From a virus (taxonomy: Duplodnaviria > Caudoviricetes): a DNA stretch of 38,819 bases. Shown here one piece after another: positions 1 to 8,712 of the stretch. Under the pieces are notes generated by a model that worked only from the letters and a program-made list of their open reading frames with translations, did not search any database and had not been told where the DNA came from. The translations under genes were made by a program, and so were the position numbers. The stretch spans positions 1 through 38,819 of the IMG/VR virus record IMGVR_UViG_3300027021_000013; one strand, given 5' to 3'. Each line of letters begins with the position of its first letter. Position 1 is the first letter of the stretch.

Positions 1-1275
1 TCATTTATTGGCATTCTCTTTATTTGCGCGAAATGTGCCATCCTTGTGCCACTTTGATTTTTCCGAGATAATATTGTCCCATGTGTTTGCTATTCTTTTA
101 TCGGCAGATTGTATGGATTCCGCGTATACCCTTAATATCATTGTCGGGTCTGAATGTCCAAAGCGTTTTGCTAAGTTGCGGACATCTGCTCCATTGGCTA
201 TTGCCAGCGTCGCCGAAGTGTGCCGCAGCCCTTTGAAGGTCACATCAGGAAGCTTATACTTCTTTCTAAGTTTTCGCCAGTAAGACGTAATACTGTCTGG
301 ATTCAAAGGCGATCCGTCATATTGATTCCAGATATATTCGTTATCAAAATTCTGAATCCTATTTCGTAAAGAGTCGCAATACTTCAAGGTATCCGTGTCG
401 ATGACTTGTGCGCTCAATAAGCGCTTTAATCTTCTCATCATGGCTTTTCTGGCGCTTTCCTTCCAATTCAGTAATAACGCCAATGAAATGTCGGACACGG
501 CTATTGTTCGAATGGACGTTTCTGTTTTTGTCGTATCAACAATCAAAGGTTTTTTGGGTATATAGATTATCGCCCTTTGAATGCTGACGGTTTTCTTATT
601 AAAATTGATATCTGACCATTTAAGCCCTGCAATTTCCTCACGCCTCATTCCGCTTGAAACAGCCAGCATACATAAGGTCTGCCACTTTAACGGCTCTTTT
701 GCAAGCGCTTCAAAAAGAACATCAATGTTCTCATCATCAAAAGCATCGGGTATTGACTTCGGAGTCTTCGGCGCTTTGATACTTTGCATAGGATTAGACT
801 TAACTATTTTATAAGAGACCCCAAAATTAAAAACCGCCTTTAAAGCGCGATGATAATGCTTTAAAGATGCGGCTGATACCCCTCCGGAGTAGTTCCCGAA
901 TTTTGAATCCGGGTTTTTCAAGGCCGTATAGAAATTACTGATATTCAGTGGTTGTATAGCAGATGCTTGCATATGGCCGAGCGCCGGGAGGATTCTAAAG
1001 CTTAAATTTTTATACCACTCTTTTGTTTTTTGAGAATCATTCAGTTCAACATGATCCTTTAAATAGAGCTCCCAAAGCTGCTTGAACGACATGTTCCTTG
1101 GCAGTGGGAGCTCATCTTTCAAGACTTCCTTCTCAAAGGACTTGAGCTGCTTTTCAGCGGCTTTTTCATCCTTTACATACACGGTTTTTGAATATCGGAG
1201 ACGTTTGCCGTCCGCGCCTCGCCCCGCTGATACCCATATGCGATATTTGCCCTCAGATACTTTTTGTACTGGCAT
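1..1275 (-). CDS. int: Tyrosine recombinase/integrase with N-terminal arm-binding domain
   Basis: GMRREE (R), TKT (K), KGLRHT (HxxR position), FGHS, VYA (catalytic Y); RBS AAAGGAG upstream. Confidence 0.95.
   Translation of the reverse strand: MPVQKVSEGKYRIWVSAGRGADGKRLRYSKTVYVKDEKAAEKQLKSFEKEVLKDELPLPRNMSFKQLWELYLKDHVELNDSQKTKEWYKNLSFRILPALGHMQASAIQPLNISNFYTALKNPDSKFGNYSGGVSAASLKHYHRALKAVFNFGVSYKIVKSNPMQSIKAPKTPKSIPDAFDDENIDVLFEALAKEPLKWQTLCMLAVSSGMRREEIAGLKWSDINFNKKTVSIQRAIIYIPKKPLIVDTTKTETSIRTIAVSDISLALLLNWKESARKAMMRRLKRLLSAQVIDTDTLKYCDSLRNRIQNFDNEYIWNQYDGSPLNPDSITSYWRKLRKKYKLPDVTFKGLRHTSATLAIANGADVRNLAKRFGHSDPTMILRVYAESIQSADKRIANTWDNIISEKSKWHKDGTFRANKENANK
34..51. repeat. TGTGCCA direct repeat x2, candidate integrase arm-type binding sites
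   Basis: TGTGCCA at 34-40 and 45-51 (11 bp period) in the 3' end of int, a usual place for arm sites. Confidence 0.5.
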
Positions 1276-1299
1276 ATGACCACTCCTTTGCTGTTTAAA

Positions 1300-1788
1300 T
1301 TATACTGCACTTACATCCAATGGCTTGAACTTAATTATATATCCCTTATAGTAAACATCAAGTCCATATTGCTCTGAATAGAGAGTTAATGTCTGGTCAA
1401 TAAATTCCTCGGTGACATCCAGATATTCCGCCAACTCAAAGCGATTCCTTACTCCTTCATTCTTTGCCTTAATCAGCTTGTCGAAGGGAATAAGGCGCTT
1501 GGCGGCATATAGTTTTGCCTTTCTTTCATATCTGTTTTGAAGCGTCTTTGAGGAAGAAACTAAATTTACAGGGACAGTAAAATGGTGCCCGAGTTCCTCC
1601 GCTAACGTACATGTTTTCTGTGCGGTTGTCCCAAGGCTACTGCTCAAGGTTATGGTCTTTATTCTGTAATGTTTATTTGAATAATATAAACCAGATACTT
1701 TTTTGGGGAGACGCCGGGTCAGCAATGAAATGCGATGCCTATATGCGATACGCTCCAATCGTTCATATTCACTTAACAAGGGAAACAC
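1300..1788 (-). CDS. ImmA/IrrE-family metallopeptidase (antirepressor); alternative TTG start at 1779
   Basis: TLAEELGHH ... YERKA motif and C-terminal ELAEYLDVT helix; next to integrase; GAGGTG precedes the TTG. Confidence 0.88.
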   Translation of the reverse strand: MFPLLSEYERLERIAYRHRISLLTRRLPKKVSGLYYSNKHYRIKTITLSSSLGTTAQKTCTLAEELGHHFTVPVNLVSSSKTLQNRYERKAKLYAAKRLIPFDKLIKAKNEGVRNRFELAEYLDVTEEFIDQTLTLYSEQYGLDVYYKGYIIKFKPLDVSAV

Positions 1789-1817
1789 CTCTTCTGCAAC
1801 TTAATCTAGCAGATTAA

Positions 1818-1852
1818 ATTGTAGTCCTCAATGTGTCCAAAAATACGGACAC
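1818..1852 (-). promoter_or_regulatory. Palindrome GTGTCC-N8-GGACAC followed by TACAAT -10 box; likely immA-int promoter
   Basis: Inverted repeat at 1833-1852; minus-strand TACAAT at 1823-1818; no consensus -35. Confidence 0.5.
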
Positions 1853-1972
1853 CTACTAGTATTTAGTCTAATTATATAATGGTAAAACAGGTACTATATA
1901 CATTAACATTAATAATATTATATTCCATTTGAGAGCGCAATATCTTTTGGTCAACTCTATTTTATCTAAAAC

Positions 1973-2001
1973 TTGATATGAACTGGTAATATTACTATAA
2001 T
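1973..2001 (+). promoter_or_regulatory. Sigma-A promoter for the lipoprotein pair
   Basis: TTGATA (1973-1978), 17 bp spacer, TATAAT (1996-2001). Confidence 0.75.
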
Positions 2002-2046
2002 AATAACTAACTCTATATTTTTATTCTATTAATGGGGGTTCATACC

Positions 2047-2901
2047 ATGAAAAAGATAACTCTACTTCTATTATCCTTTATTATGCTTTTAGGAGCAACA
2101 GCCTGCGCCGCGCCCGCCGCTGAAACCGCGCCGAGCGAAACGCCTGCACCCATAGTGAGTGAGACCGCTACGCCGTCGCCTACGGCAGAGCCCACTCCAA
2201 CACCAGAGCCGACTATGTCGCCTGAGGAGATTGAGCAATCAGAGAACATGGCGGAATACGAGAAATATAAGATGTATTACAAGACTTATGGCGATGATTT
2301 TGCTTTGCTGTTTATAAAAGATATGGTGGATGAAGGTAAAATAACAGCGGATATGCTTGATAACATTAATGGTACGCTCGGGACTTTTACTGATGAAGAA
2401 ACTTGGAACTCATATTTTGCTGTATATAGGGAGTACGTTGCAATCTTGTATGGCGAAATGGAAGAAATGTATCCTGAAGGATTTAATGCTGTGGATGCAA
2501 GTCTGGTTGAATCATCTGACCAAGGGATCCTGCGTGTTACGTGGCTGGAGACTGATGAAGAAAGAGAGAGATTAATTGATGCAGTAGATGCCATAAATCA
2601 ATGGCATGAAAACCCTACGGATGAAAACAGAGTAAAAATGGAGGATGCTTACTTCTCTGATGATTTGACTTTAGCAGAAGATGAAATATTGTTTAATTGG
2701 ATGTTAAGTAGACTTATTGATGTTCGCGAAGTTTGCGTAGAAAATGAGATGTTTGCGCTGAATAATTATATAAATCTTGAGATTAATAGATATGATACAT
2801 CGATAGGACAGAAACATTATGAATCTATACAAAAAATTATCGAAATGAACAACACTCCCAACTCCGAAAAAGAATGGCTGACCGAAAGCGAGGACGATTG
2901 A
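2047..2901 (+). CDS. Acidic surface lipoprotein A with Pro/Thr-rich linker, function unknown
   Basis: MKK, hydrophobic core and lipobox ATA-C; PT-rich stalk; GGGGGT RBS favours ATG 2047 over 2032. Confidence 0.85.
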   Translation: MKKITLLLLSFIMLLGATACAAPAAETAPSETPAPIVSETATPSPTAEPTPTPEPTMSPEEIEQSENMAEYEKYKMYYKTYGDDFALLFIKDMVDEGKITADMLDNINGTLGTFTDEETWNSYFAVYREYVAILYGEMEEMYPEGFNAVDASLVESSDQGILRVTWLETDEERERLIDAVDAINQWHENPTDENRVKMEDAYFSDDLTLAEDEILFNWMLSRLIDVREVCVENEMFALNNYINLEINRYDTSIGQKHYESIQKIIEMNNTPNSEKEWLTESEDD

Positions 2902-2904
2902 CCG

Positions 2905-3768
2905 ATGAAAAAGCTAATCTGTTTATTATTATGCGCCGCAATGCTACTATCCCTTGCCGCCTGCGCCGCACCCGCCGCTGAAACCGCGCCGAGTGAAACG
3001 CCTACACCTACAGTGAGTGAGACCGCCACGCCTACGCCCACGGCAGAACCCACGCCCACGCCAGAGCCGACAATGTCACCTGAGGAGATTGAAGAAGCGG
3101 AGAACATGGCGGAATACGAGAAGTATAAGATGTATTACGAGACATATGGCGATGAGTTAGCTCTTGTATTTATTAAGGATATGCTGGACGAAGGAAAAAT
3201 CACAGCTGATATGCTGGATGACTTGAATGGCCCACTTGGGACATTTACCGATAAAGCAACTTGGGAGATTTTTTACTCAATGCGCGATGAATGGACAGCG
3301 ATTTTGAATGGAGAACTGGAAGAAATGTATCCTGACGCATTAGATACAATAAATACAAATTTATACGAAGATTGTATTCAAGGTATACTTCATATAACAT
3401 TGCTTGATACTGAGGAAAAAAGACAAAGAGTTATTAGTGGTGCTGAAATAATAGATGAGTTTTATGCTAATCCAACGGATGTAAATAGAATTAAAATGGA
3501 GAATATGCTTTTCTCAGAAGAATTAACGCCTGGAGAAATAAGGCTTCTATTCACATGGCTTTGGAATTGCCCCATAGGGCTAAAAGTGCAAACTGTTAAC
3601 GCAAACGGAAAAGAATATAACACCGAGGATTATATTTTCTTATATAAAATAGATTTGTATGGGAAGTCAATTAAGGATAGGGATATGGATGCCTATAATA
3701 AACTTATCGAAATGAACAATACTCCAAACACAGAAAAAGACTGGTTGATTGATAACCAAGAGAGTTAA
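2905..3768 (+). CDS. Acidic surface lipoprotein B, paralogue of A
   Basis: Lipobox LAA-C; N-terminal region and C-terminal IEMNNTPNxEKxWL nearly identical to A; starts 3 bp after the stop of A. Confidence 0.85.
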   Translation: MKKLICLLLCAAMLLSLAACAAPAAETAPSETPTPTVSETATPTPTAEPTPTPEPTMSPEEIEEAENMAEYEKYKMYYETYGDELALVFIKDMLDEGKITADMLDDLNGPLGTFTDKATWEIFYSMRDEWTAILNGELEEMYPDALDTINTNLYEDCIQGILHITLLDTEEKRQRVISGAEIIDEFYANPTDVNRIKMENMLFSEELTPGEIRLLFTWLWNCPIGLKVQTVNANGKEYNTEDYIFLYKIDLYGKSIKDRDMDAYNKLIEMNNTPNTEKDWLIDNQES

Positions 3769-3789
3769 CATAACCTGAACACCCATCAA

Positions 3790-3833
3790 AACAGCCGAAT
3801 TCGCAAAAATGCATGGTTCGGCTGTTATTTTTT
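3790..3833. terminator. Probable bidirectional terminator between convergent lipoprotein and repressor genes
   Basis: AACAGCCGAA (3790-3799) pairs with TTCGGCTGTT (3817-3826); flanked by A and T runs. Confidence 0.7.
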
Positions 3834-4175
3834 CTTCCCATATTTCTGTTTTAAAAATTCCTTATAGTTATTAAGCTCGCGAATTGCTTCGAGCGGAAGG
3901 TCGTCGTAGGAAAGACTGTCTTGCGTATGAAGGGCCACGCGTTCTCCTTCACTGCGTATATAGTTTCTTTCGGCAACAGTATCATCAACTAAATAATCCA
4001 AGCTGCAGTCAAGATAAGCAGCGAGTTTTTTCAAAGTCGACAATTTGGCATTGTCATACCCTTTATCATAAAAACTAACTATCGTTGTATACGGAACACC
4101 GGAGCCCTTAGCAAGTTCAGCCCTGCTGATTCCTTTTTCCTCCATAAGAAGATTTAACTTTTCTAAAAAATCCAT
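3825..4175 (-). CDS. XRE-family cI/ImmR-like repressor
   Basis: HTH SRAELAKGSGVPYTTI...LDCSLDYLV; RBS AAGGAG; divergent from cro. Confidence 0.92.
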   Translation of the reverse strand: MDFLEKLNLLMEEKGISRAELAKGSGVPYTTIVSFYDKGYDNAKLSTLKKLAAYLDCSLDYLVDDTVAERNYIRSEGERVALHTQDSLSYDDLPLEAIRELNNYKEFLKQKYGKKK

Positions 4176-4197
4176 AATCTCTTAACTCCTTTATTCG

Positions 4198-4226
4198 ATT
4201 TTATAACATACCTATAAAATTGTAAA
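4198..4226 (-). promoter_or_regulatory. Leftward repressor promoter
   Basis: Minus strand TTTACA (4226-4221), 17 bp spacer, TAAAAT (4203-4198). Confidence 0.65.
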
Positions 4227-4235
4227 GAAAAACCT

Positions 4236-4321
4236 TACGATACGTCGTAGTTATTTTGTCTATATGCATTGACATTTATACGATGCGTCGTTATAATTTA
4301 ATCATGATACGATGCATCGTA
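4236..4321. promoter_or_regulatory. Three 14-bp palindromic operators, consensus TACGATRCRTCGTW
   Basis: TACGATACGTCGTA 4236-4249; TACGATGCGTCGTT 4279-4292; perfect palindrome TACGATGCATCGTA 4308-4321. Confidence 0.88.
4269..4297 (+). promoter_or_regulatory. Early lytic promoter, perfect sigma-A consensus
   Basis: TTGACA (4269-4274), 17 bp spacer, TATAAT (4292-4297); operator 2 lies in the spacer. Confidence 0.92.
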
Positions 4322-4334
4322 GGAAAGGTACATT

Positions 4335-4547
4335 ATGTTTGGAAACTTAAACGCTGAAATGGGGCGGAAAAGATTAACCATTAGAAAGGTGTCAAAAAGA
4401 AGCGGTATCCAGTACGACAGCTTGAGAAACAAAATGTCGGGCAGAACAGAATTTACGCATAAGGAAATGTACCTTATCAAAAACAACTGTTTCCCTGACA
4501 AGACCATCGACTATCTCTTCGCAAAAGATAAGGAGCCGCCGTTATGA
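4335..4547 (+). CDS. Cro-like HTH protein
   Basis: 70-aa HTH (NLNAEMGR...KMSGRTEFT...IDYLF); RBS AAAGG; first gene after the early promoter. Confidence 0.88.
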   Translation: MFGNLNAEMGRKRLTIRKVSKRSGIQYDSLRNKMSGRTEFTHKEMYLIKNNCFPDKTIDYLFAKDKEPPL

Positions 4548-4756
4548 GAGATTTGGAACAAGAACTCCCAAACGAGTCCGAGCAGATTCTTTTCATGAAA
4601 TCGAAGGATTTTGCGAAGCACGTCGGTGTTTCATACGGCTTGGTCAGAGATTGGATAAAGCAAGGCATACCGGTGGAACCGGATCACAAAAGCCCGTATT
4701 ACATCTTTGTGCCAGCCGCTATGGAGTGGATCAAAAAGAAGTATAAAGCCATCTAG
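4544..4756 (+). CDS. Excisionase-like (MerR-type HTH) DNA-binding protein
   Basis: KDFAKHVGVSYGLVRDWIKQGIP winged-helix pattern; ATGA overlap with cro; RBS AAGGAG. Confidence 0.7.
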   Translation: MRDLEQELPNESEQILFMKSKDFAKHVGVSYGLVRDWIKQGIPVEPDHKSPYYIFVPAAMEWIKKKYKAI

Positions 4757-4772
4757 GAAAGGAGACATGAAA

Positions 4773-5081
4773 ATGAACACATCAATAATTGATATAGCGC
4801 ATGATCTGCGGAAACTAGCAGACCACATCCAAATCCTCGCAGAAACGATTGAATCCAGCGATGCTGACCAGCCTCAGACACCGGCTACAGCAGAAGAAAA
4901 GAAGCCAGACAGGAAGGAAGTTTCTTTCGAAGAAGTACGCGCCGAGTGTACTGAAAAAAGCGACGCTGGATTCACTGCCGAAGTACGCGCCTTAATTAAA
5001 AAGTATGGCTCTACCCGGTTAAGCAAAATCGACCCGAAAAAATACGCTGATCTGCTTGCAGAAGTTAAGAGGTTGAAATGA
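4773..5081 (+). CDS. Small phage protein typical of the start of PolA-type replication modules (start 4767 or 4773)
   Basis: RBS AAAGGAG; C-terminal KKYGSTRLSKIDPKKYADLL pattern; overlaps the next start codon. Confidence 0.75.
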   Translation: MNTSIIDIAHDLRKLADHIQILAETIESSDADQPQTPATAEEKKPDRKEVSFEEVRAECTEKSDAGFTAEVRALIKKYGSTRLSKIDPKKYADLLAEVKRLK

Positions 5082-6208
5082 GCAAGCAACACGCTCTGCT
5101 CGCACCATCCTCGTCGCATCGCTGGCTCGTATGCACACCGTCCGCCCGATTGGAGCAGACATTCGATGATCAAAGCAGCGATGCCGCAGCGGAAGGAACT
5201 GCCGCGCATGCGCTCGCTGAGCATAAACTGCGCCGGGCGCTGAAAATGCGGTCAAAAAGGCCGGTATCTCAATACGACTCCGACGAAATGGAAATGCACA
5301 CGGACAGCTACGTGGAGTACGTCCTCGAAATCCTAGAACAGGCACGATTGACCTGCAAAGACCCGCTCGTACGAATCGAGCAACACTTGGATTTGTCAAA
5401 GTATGTGCCCGAAGGAAAAGGTACTGGGGACTGCATAATCGTGTCCGACAGCACGCTCCATATTATCGACCTCAAGTACGGGCAAGGTGTACTGGTCGAA
5501 GCCGATGGTAATCCGCAGATGAAGCTATATGCGCTGGGGGCTTTGGAGCTCTTCGATTTTCTGTACGACGTCGATAATGTGGTCATGACCATATACCAAC
5601 CTCGGCGGGAAAACGTCAGTACCGAAGAGTGCAGCAAAGGTAGCCTTTACAAATGGGCGAACGATATCTTAAAGCCCACGGCAAAAAAGGCGTTCTGGGG
5701 AGAAGGCGATTATATCCCCGGTGAGCATTGCCAGTTCTGCCGGGCGGCAGTCAAGTGCCGTGCAAGGGCAGCAGAAAAGCTTCGTCTGGCGAAACTCGAT
5801 TTTGCGCAGCCGCCAGTCCTGACGGATGAGGAAATCGGCGATTGTGTTCTTCCCAAACTCGACGACCTGACCTCTTGGGCGAATTCCATTAAGGAGTATG
5901 CGCTGCAATCCGCGATAGCCGGAAAGGAATGGCCCGGCTTCAAGCTGGTAGCCGGGCGCAGTAATCGCAAATATGCCAATGAAGATGCTGTCGGGAAAGC
6001 GGCGAAGGCCGCAGGATACACCGATATATACCGCACCCGTCTCATTACACTGACGGAAATGGAGCGGCTTCTCGGTAAGAAGGAATTTAACGAAGTGCTC
6101 GGAGACCTTGTTATCAAGCCGCCGGGCAAACCCACTCTGGTACAAATGTCGGACAAGCGTCCGGCAATAAATAAATCAGCAAAACAAGAATTCATGGAGG
6201 ACAACTAA
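5078..6208 (+). CDS. DUF2800-family PD-(D/E)xK (Cas4-like) nuclease
   Basis: HALLAPSSSHRWLVC, GTAAH, GTGDC..IIDLKYG, QMKLYA, CQFC....C. Confidence 0.88.
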   Translation: MSKQHALLAPSSSHRWLVCTPSARLEQTFDDQSSDAAAEGTAAHALAEHKLRRALKMRSKRPVSQYDSDEMEMHTDSYVEYVLEILEQARLTCKDPLVRIEQHLDLSKYVPEGKGTGDCIIVSDSTLHIIDLKYGQGVLVEADGNPQMKLYALGALELFDFLYDVDNVVMTIYQPRRENVSTEECSKGSLYKWANDILKPTAKKAFWGEGDYIPGEHCQFCRAAVKCRARAAEKLRLAKLDFAQPPVLTDEEIGDCVLPKLDDLTSWANSIKEYALQSAIAGKEWPGFKLVAGRSNRKYANEDAVGKAAKAAGYTDIYRTRLITLTEMERLLGKKEFNEVLGDLVIKPPGKPTLVQMSDKRPAINKSAKQEFMEDN

Positions 6209-6209
6209 A

Positions 6210-6764
6210 ATGACACAGAAAAGCAACTACCCACCGACCTATGTAAAAACCGGCATCGTCCGTCTATCCTACGCGAATGTATGGGAACCGAAAGCGATAC
6301 AAGGCGGTGAACCGAAATATAGCGTCAGCATCATTATTCCAAAGGATGACGCCAAAACAATTAACGCTATTAACAATGCTGTGGACGCAGCCATCGACGA
6401 AGGCAAAGGAAAGTTCGGCGGAAAGGTTCCGAATAAGGCTGCGCTCAAACTGCCGCTCCGGGACGGTGACATCGAACGCGACGACGAAGCGTATGCAGAC
6501 AGCTATTTTGTAAACGCGAACAGCAAAACAGCGCCGCAGGTGGTTGACCTGCAAGCCGCACCGATACTTGACCGCGCAGAAGTGTACTCGGGCGTGTATG
6601 CGCGGGTGACAATGAATTTCTATGCATTCAACAAGAACGGCAACAAGGGCGTCGCGTGCGGCCTCGGCAACATTCAAAAGGTACGCGACGGCGAACCTCT
6701 CGGGAGCAGAAGAAGCGCAGCCGATGATTTCGGCATAGACGACGATGATGATTTCTTGTCATGA
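6210..6764 (+). CDS. DUF2815-family ssDNA-binding protein (T7 gp2.5-like)
   Basis: RLSYANVWEP, PLRDGD, YSGVYAR, GLGNIQK and acidic tail DDDDDFLS. Confidence 0.9.
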   Translation: MTQKSNYPPTYVKTGIVRLSYANVWEPKAIQGGEPKYSVSIIIPKDDAKTINAINNAVDAAIDEGKGKFGGKVPNKAALKLPLRDGDIERDDEAYADSYFVNANSKTAPQVVDLQAAPILDRAEVYSGVYARVTMNFYAFNKNGNKGVACGLGNIQKVRDGEPLGSRRSAADDFGIDDDDDFLS

Positions 6765-8698
6765 AGTCGCTTCATATCGATATCGAGACATATAGCAGTA
6801 TAAATCTCTCGAAGTCGGGCGTGTATAGGTACTCGGAAGCACCCGACTTCGAGGTGCTCCTCTTCGGCTACAGTGTCGACGGCGAGCCGGTACAGGCGAT
6901 TGACCTTGCGTGCGGCGAAGCGCTCCCGGATGAAGTTCGGGCAGCGCTGCTGGACGATACCGTTACAAAATGGGCACACAACGCACTGTTCGAGCGTGTG
7001 TGTCTCTCCCGGTATCTCGGGACGTGGCTGAAACCGAACTCTTGGCGCTGCTCGATGATATGGGCGGCATACCTTGGCATGCCCCTCTCGCTTGATGGAG
7101 CGGCGAAGGTGTCTGGCGCGGCGAAGCAAAAACTGGCCGAGGACGGCAAAAAGCTGATTCGGTATTTCTGCGTTCCTTGCCGACCGACCAAGAAAAACGG
7201 AGGCCGCACACGTAATCGGCCCCAGCACGATCCGGATGCATGGTTAAAATTCAAAGAATACAACATCCGAGACGTAGAAGCGGAAATGGCGGTAATCGAC
7301 CGCCTTTCAAAGTTCCCGGTACCCGAGGATGAATGGGAGAACTATATTCTCGACCAGCAGATCAACGACCGGGGCATCATGCTGGATATGGACTTAGTGC
7401 GTCAGGCCATTGAGTGTGATACGCAGACAAAGGCCGCGCTGAAACAGGCTTTGAGCAAACGTACCGATTTGGAAAATCCGAACTCGGTTACACAGATGAA
7501 ATCGTGGCTTGCCGAAAACGGTCTGGAAACCGACACGCTCGGCAAAAAGGCGGTCAAGGAACTCATCAAGACCACACCGGATAATCTCAGCGAAGTGCTC
7601 GAGTTACGACAAGACCTCGCCAAGTCCAGTGTGAAAAAATATGCGGCGATGGAGCAAGCGGTCTGCACCGATGGCCGGGCCCACGGGCTCATCCAGTTCT
7701 ATGGCGCGAACCGTACCGGGCGCTTTGCAGGGCGGCTCATTCAAGTCCAAAACCTGCCGCAGAACCATCTGCCCGACTTGAAACCGGCCCGCGGCCTCGT
7801 CCGTTCAGGCAACTTTGACATACTGGATATGCTCTTTGATTCGGTGCCTTCACTACTCTCGGAACTCATACGCACGGCCTTTATACCGAAACCCGGCTTT
7901 AAGTTTATCGTGGCCGATTTTTCCGCGATTGAGGCACGCGTCATCGCGTGGTTCGCCGGGGAGACATGGCGAAACGAGGTGTTCGCCACCCACGGCAAAA
8001 TCTATGAAGCCTCGGCGAGCCAGATGTTCAAGGTGCCAATCGAAGAAATCACAAAAGGAAACCCGCTCCGTCAGAAGGGTAAAATCGCAGAATTGGCTCT
8101 CGGTTACGGCGGCTCTGTCGGTGCTCTTAAGTCAATGGGCGCGCTTGAAATGGGACTGACGGAAGAAGAACTCGAACCGCTGGTGACTTCTTGGCGCGGC
8201 GCGAACCCAAACATTGTGCGTTTCTGGTGGGACGTCAACAAGGCTGTTATAAAGGCCGTGAAGGAACGCACGACCACATGGACGCACAACGTCCGGTTCA
8301 TATACCAAAGCGGCCTGCTGTTCATTCAGCTTCCCTCCGGGCGGCGGCTCGCATACGTGAAACCCAAGATTAGTGAGAACCGCTTTGGCAGCGAGTCTGT
8401 GACATATGAAGGCATAGGAGCCACAAAGTCCTGGGATCGCATCGAGAGCTATGGCGCGAAGTTCGTGGAGAATATTGTGCAAGCGACCGCTCGGGATATT
8501 CTGTGTGAGGCTATGCGCCGGTTAGACAGTATGGGCCTTGATATTGTAATGCACGTCCACGATGAAGTGGTCATCGAAGCACACCCAGACATAACAGTGG
8601 AAGACGTGTGCATGAGCATGGGCGAAACGCCGTCTTGGGTGGAAGGACTGCTGCTCCGAGCAGACGGTTTCGAATGTGATTTTTATAAAAAAGACTAA
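6761..8698 (+). CDS. Phage family A DNA polymerase with 3'-5' exonuclease domain
   Basis: Exo DIET; motif A DFSAIEAR; motif B RQKGKIAELALGYG; motif C HVHDE. Confidence 0.95.
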   Translation: MKSLHIDIETYSSINLSKSGVYRYSEAPDFEVLLFGYSVDGEPVQAIDLACGEALPDEVRAALLDDTVTKWAHNALFERVCLSRYLGTWLKPNSWRCSMIWAAYLGMPLSLDGAAKVSGAAKQKLAEDGKKLIRYFCVPCRPTKKNGGRTRNRPQHDPDAWLKFKEYNIRDVEAEMAVIDRLSKFPVPEDEWENYILDQQINDRGIMLDMDLVRQAIECDTQTKAALKQALSKRTDLENPNSVTQMKSWLAENGLETDTLGKKAVKELIKTTPDNLSEVLELRQDLAKSSVKKYAAMEQAVCTDGRAHGLIQFYGANRTGRFAGRLIQVQNLPQNHLPDLKPARGLVRSGNFDILDMLFDSVPSLLSELIRTAFIPKPGFKFIVADFSAIEARVIAWFAGETWRNEVFATHGKIYEASASQMFKVPIEEITKGNPLRQKGKIAELALGYGGSVGALKSMGALEMGLTEEELEPLVTSWRGANPNIVRFWWDVNKAVIKAVKERTTTWTHNVRFIYQSGLLFIQLPSGRRLAYVKPKISENRFGSESVTYEGIGATKSWDRIESYGAKFVENIVQATARDILCEAMRRLDSMGLDIVMHVHDEVVIEAHPDITVEDVCMSMGETPSWVEGLLLRADGFECDFYKKD

Positions 8699-8712
8699 AC
8701 AGGAGATAAAAT

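Noticed and set aside
1570-1610. EELGH instead of HExxH as an inactivated protease
   Set aside because: This variant is common among phage ImmA/IrrE proteins, so it is not evidence of decay
2101-3768. Lipoprotein repeats as a diversity-generating retroelement TR/VR pair
   Set aside because: No reverse transcriptase in the window; differences are not adenine-specific and both copies are coding
5078-6208. Cas4-like nuclease as a sign of CRISPR
   Set aside because: Standard phage replication-module gene; no repeat-spacer array or other cas gene seen
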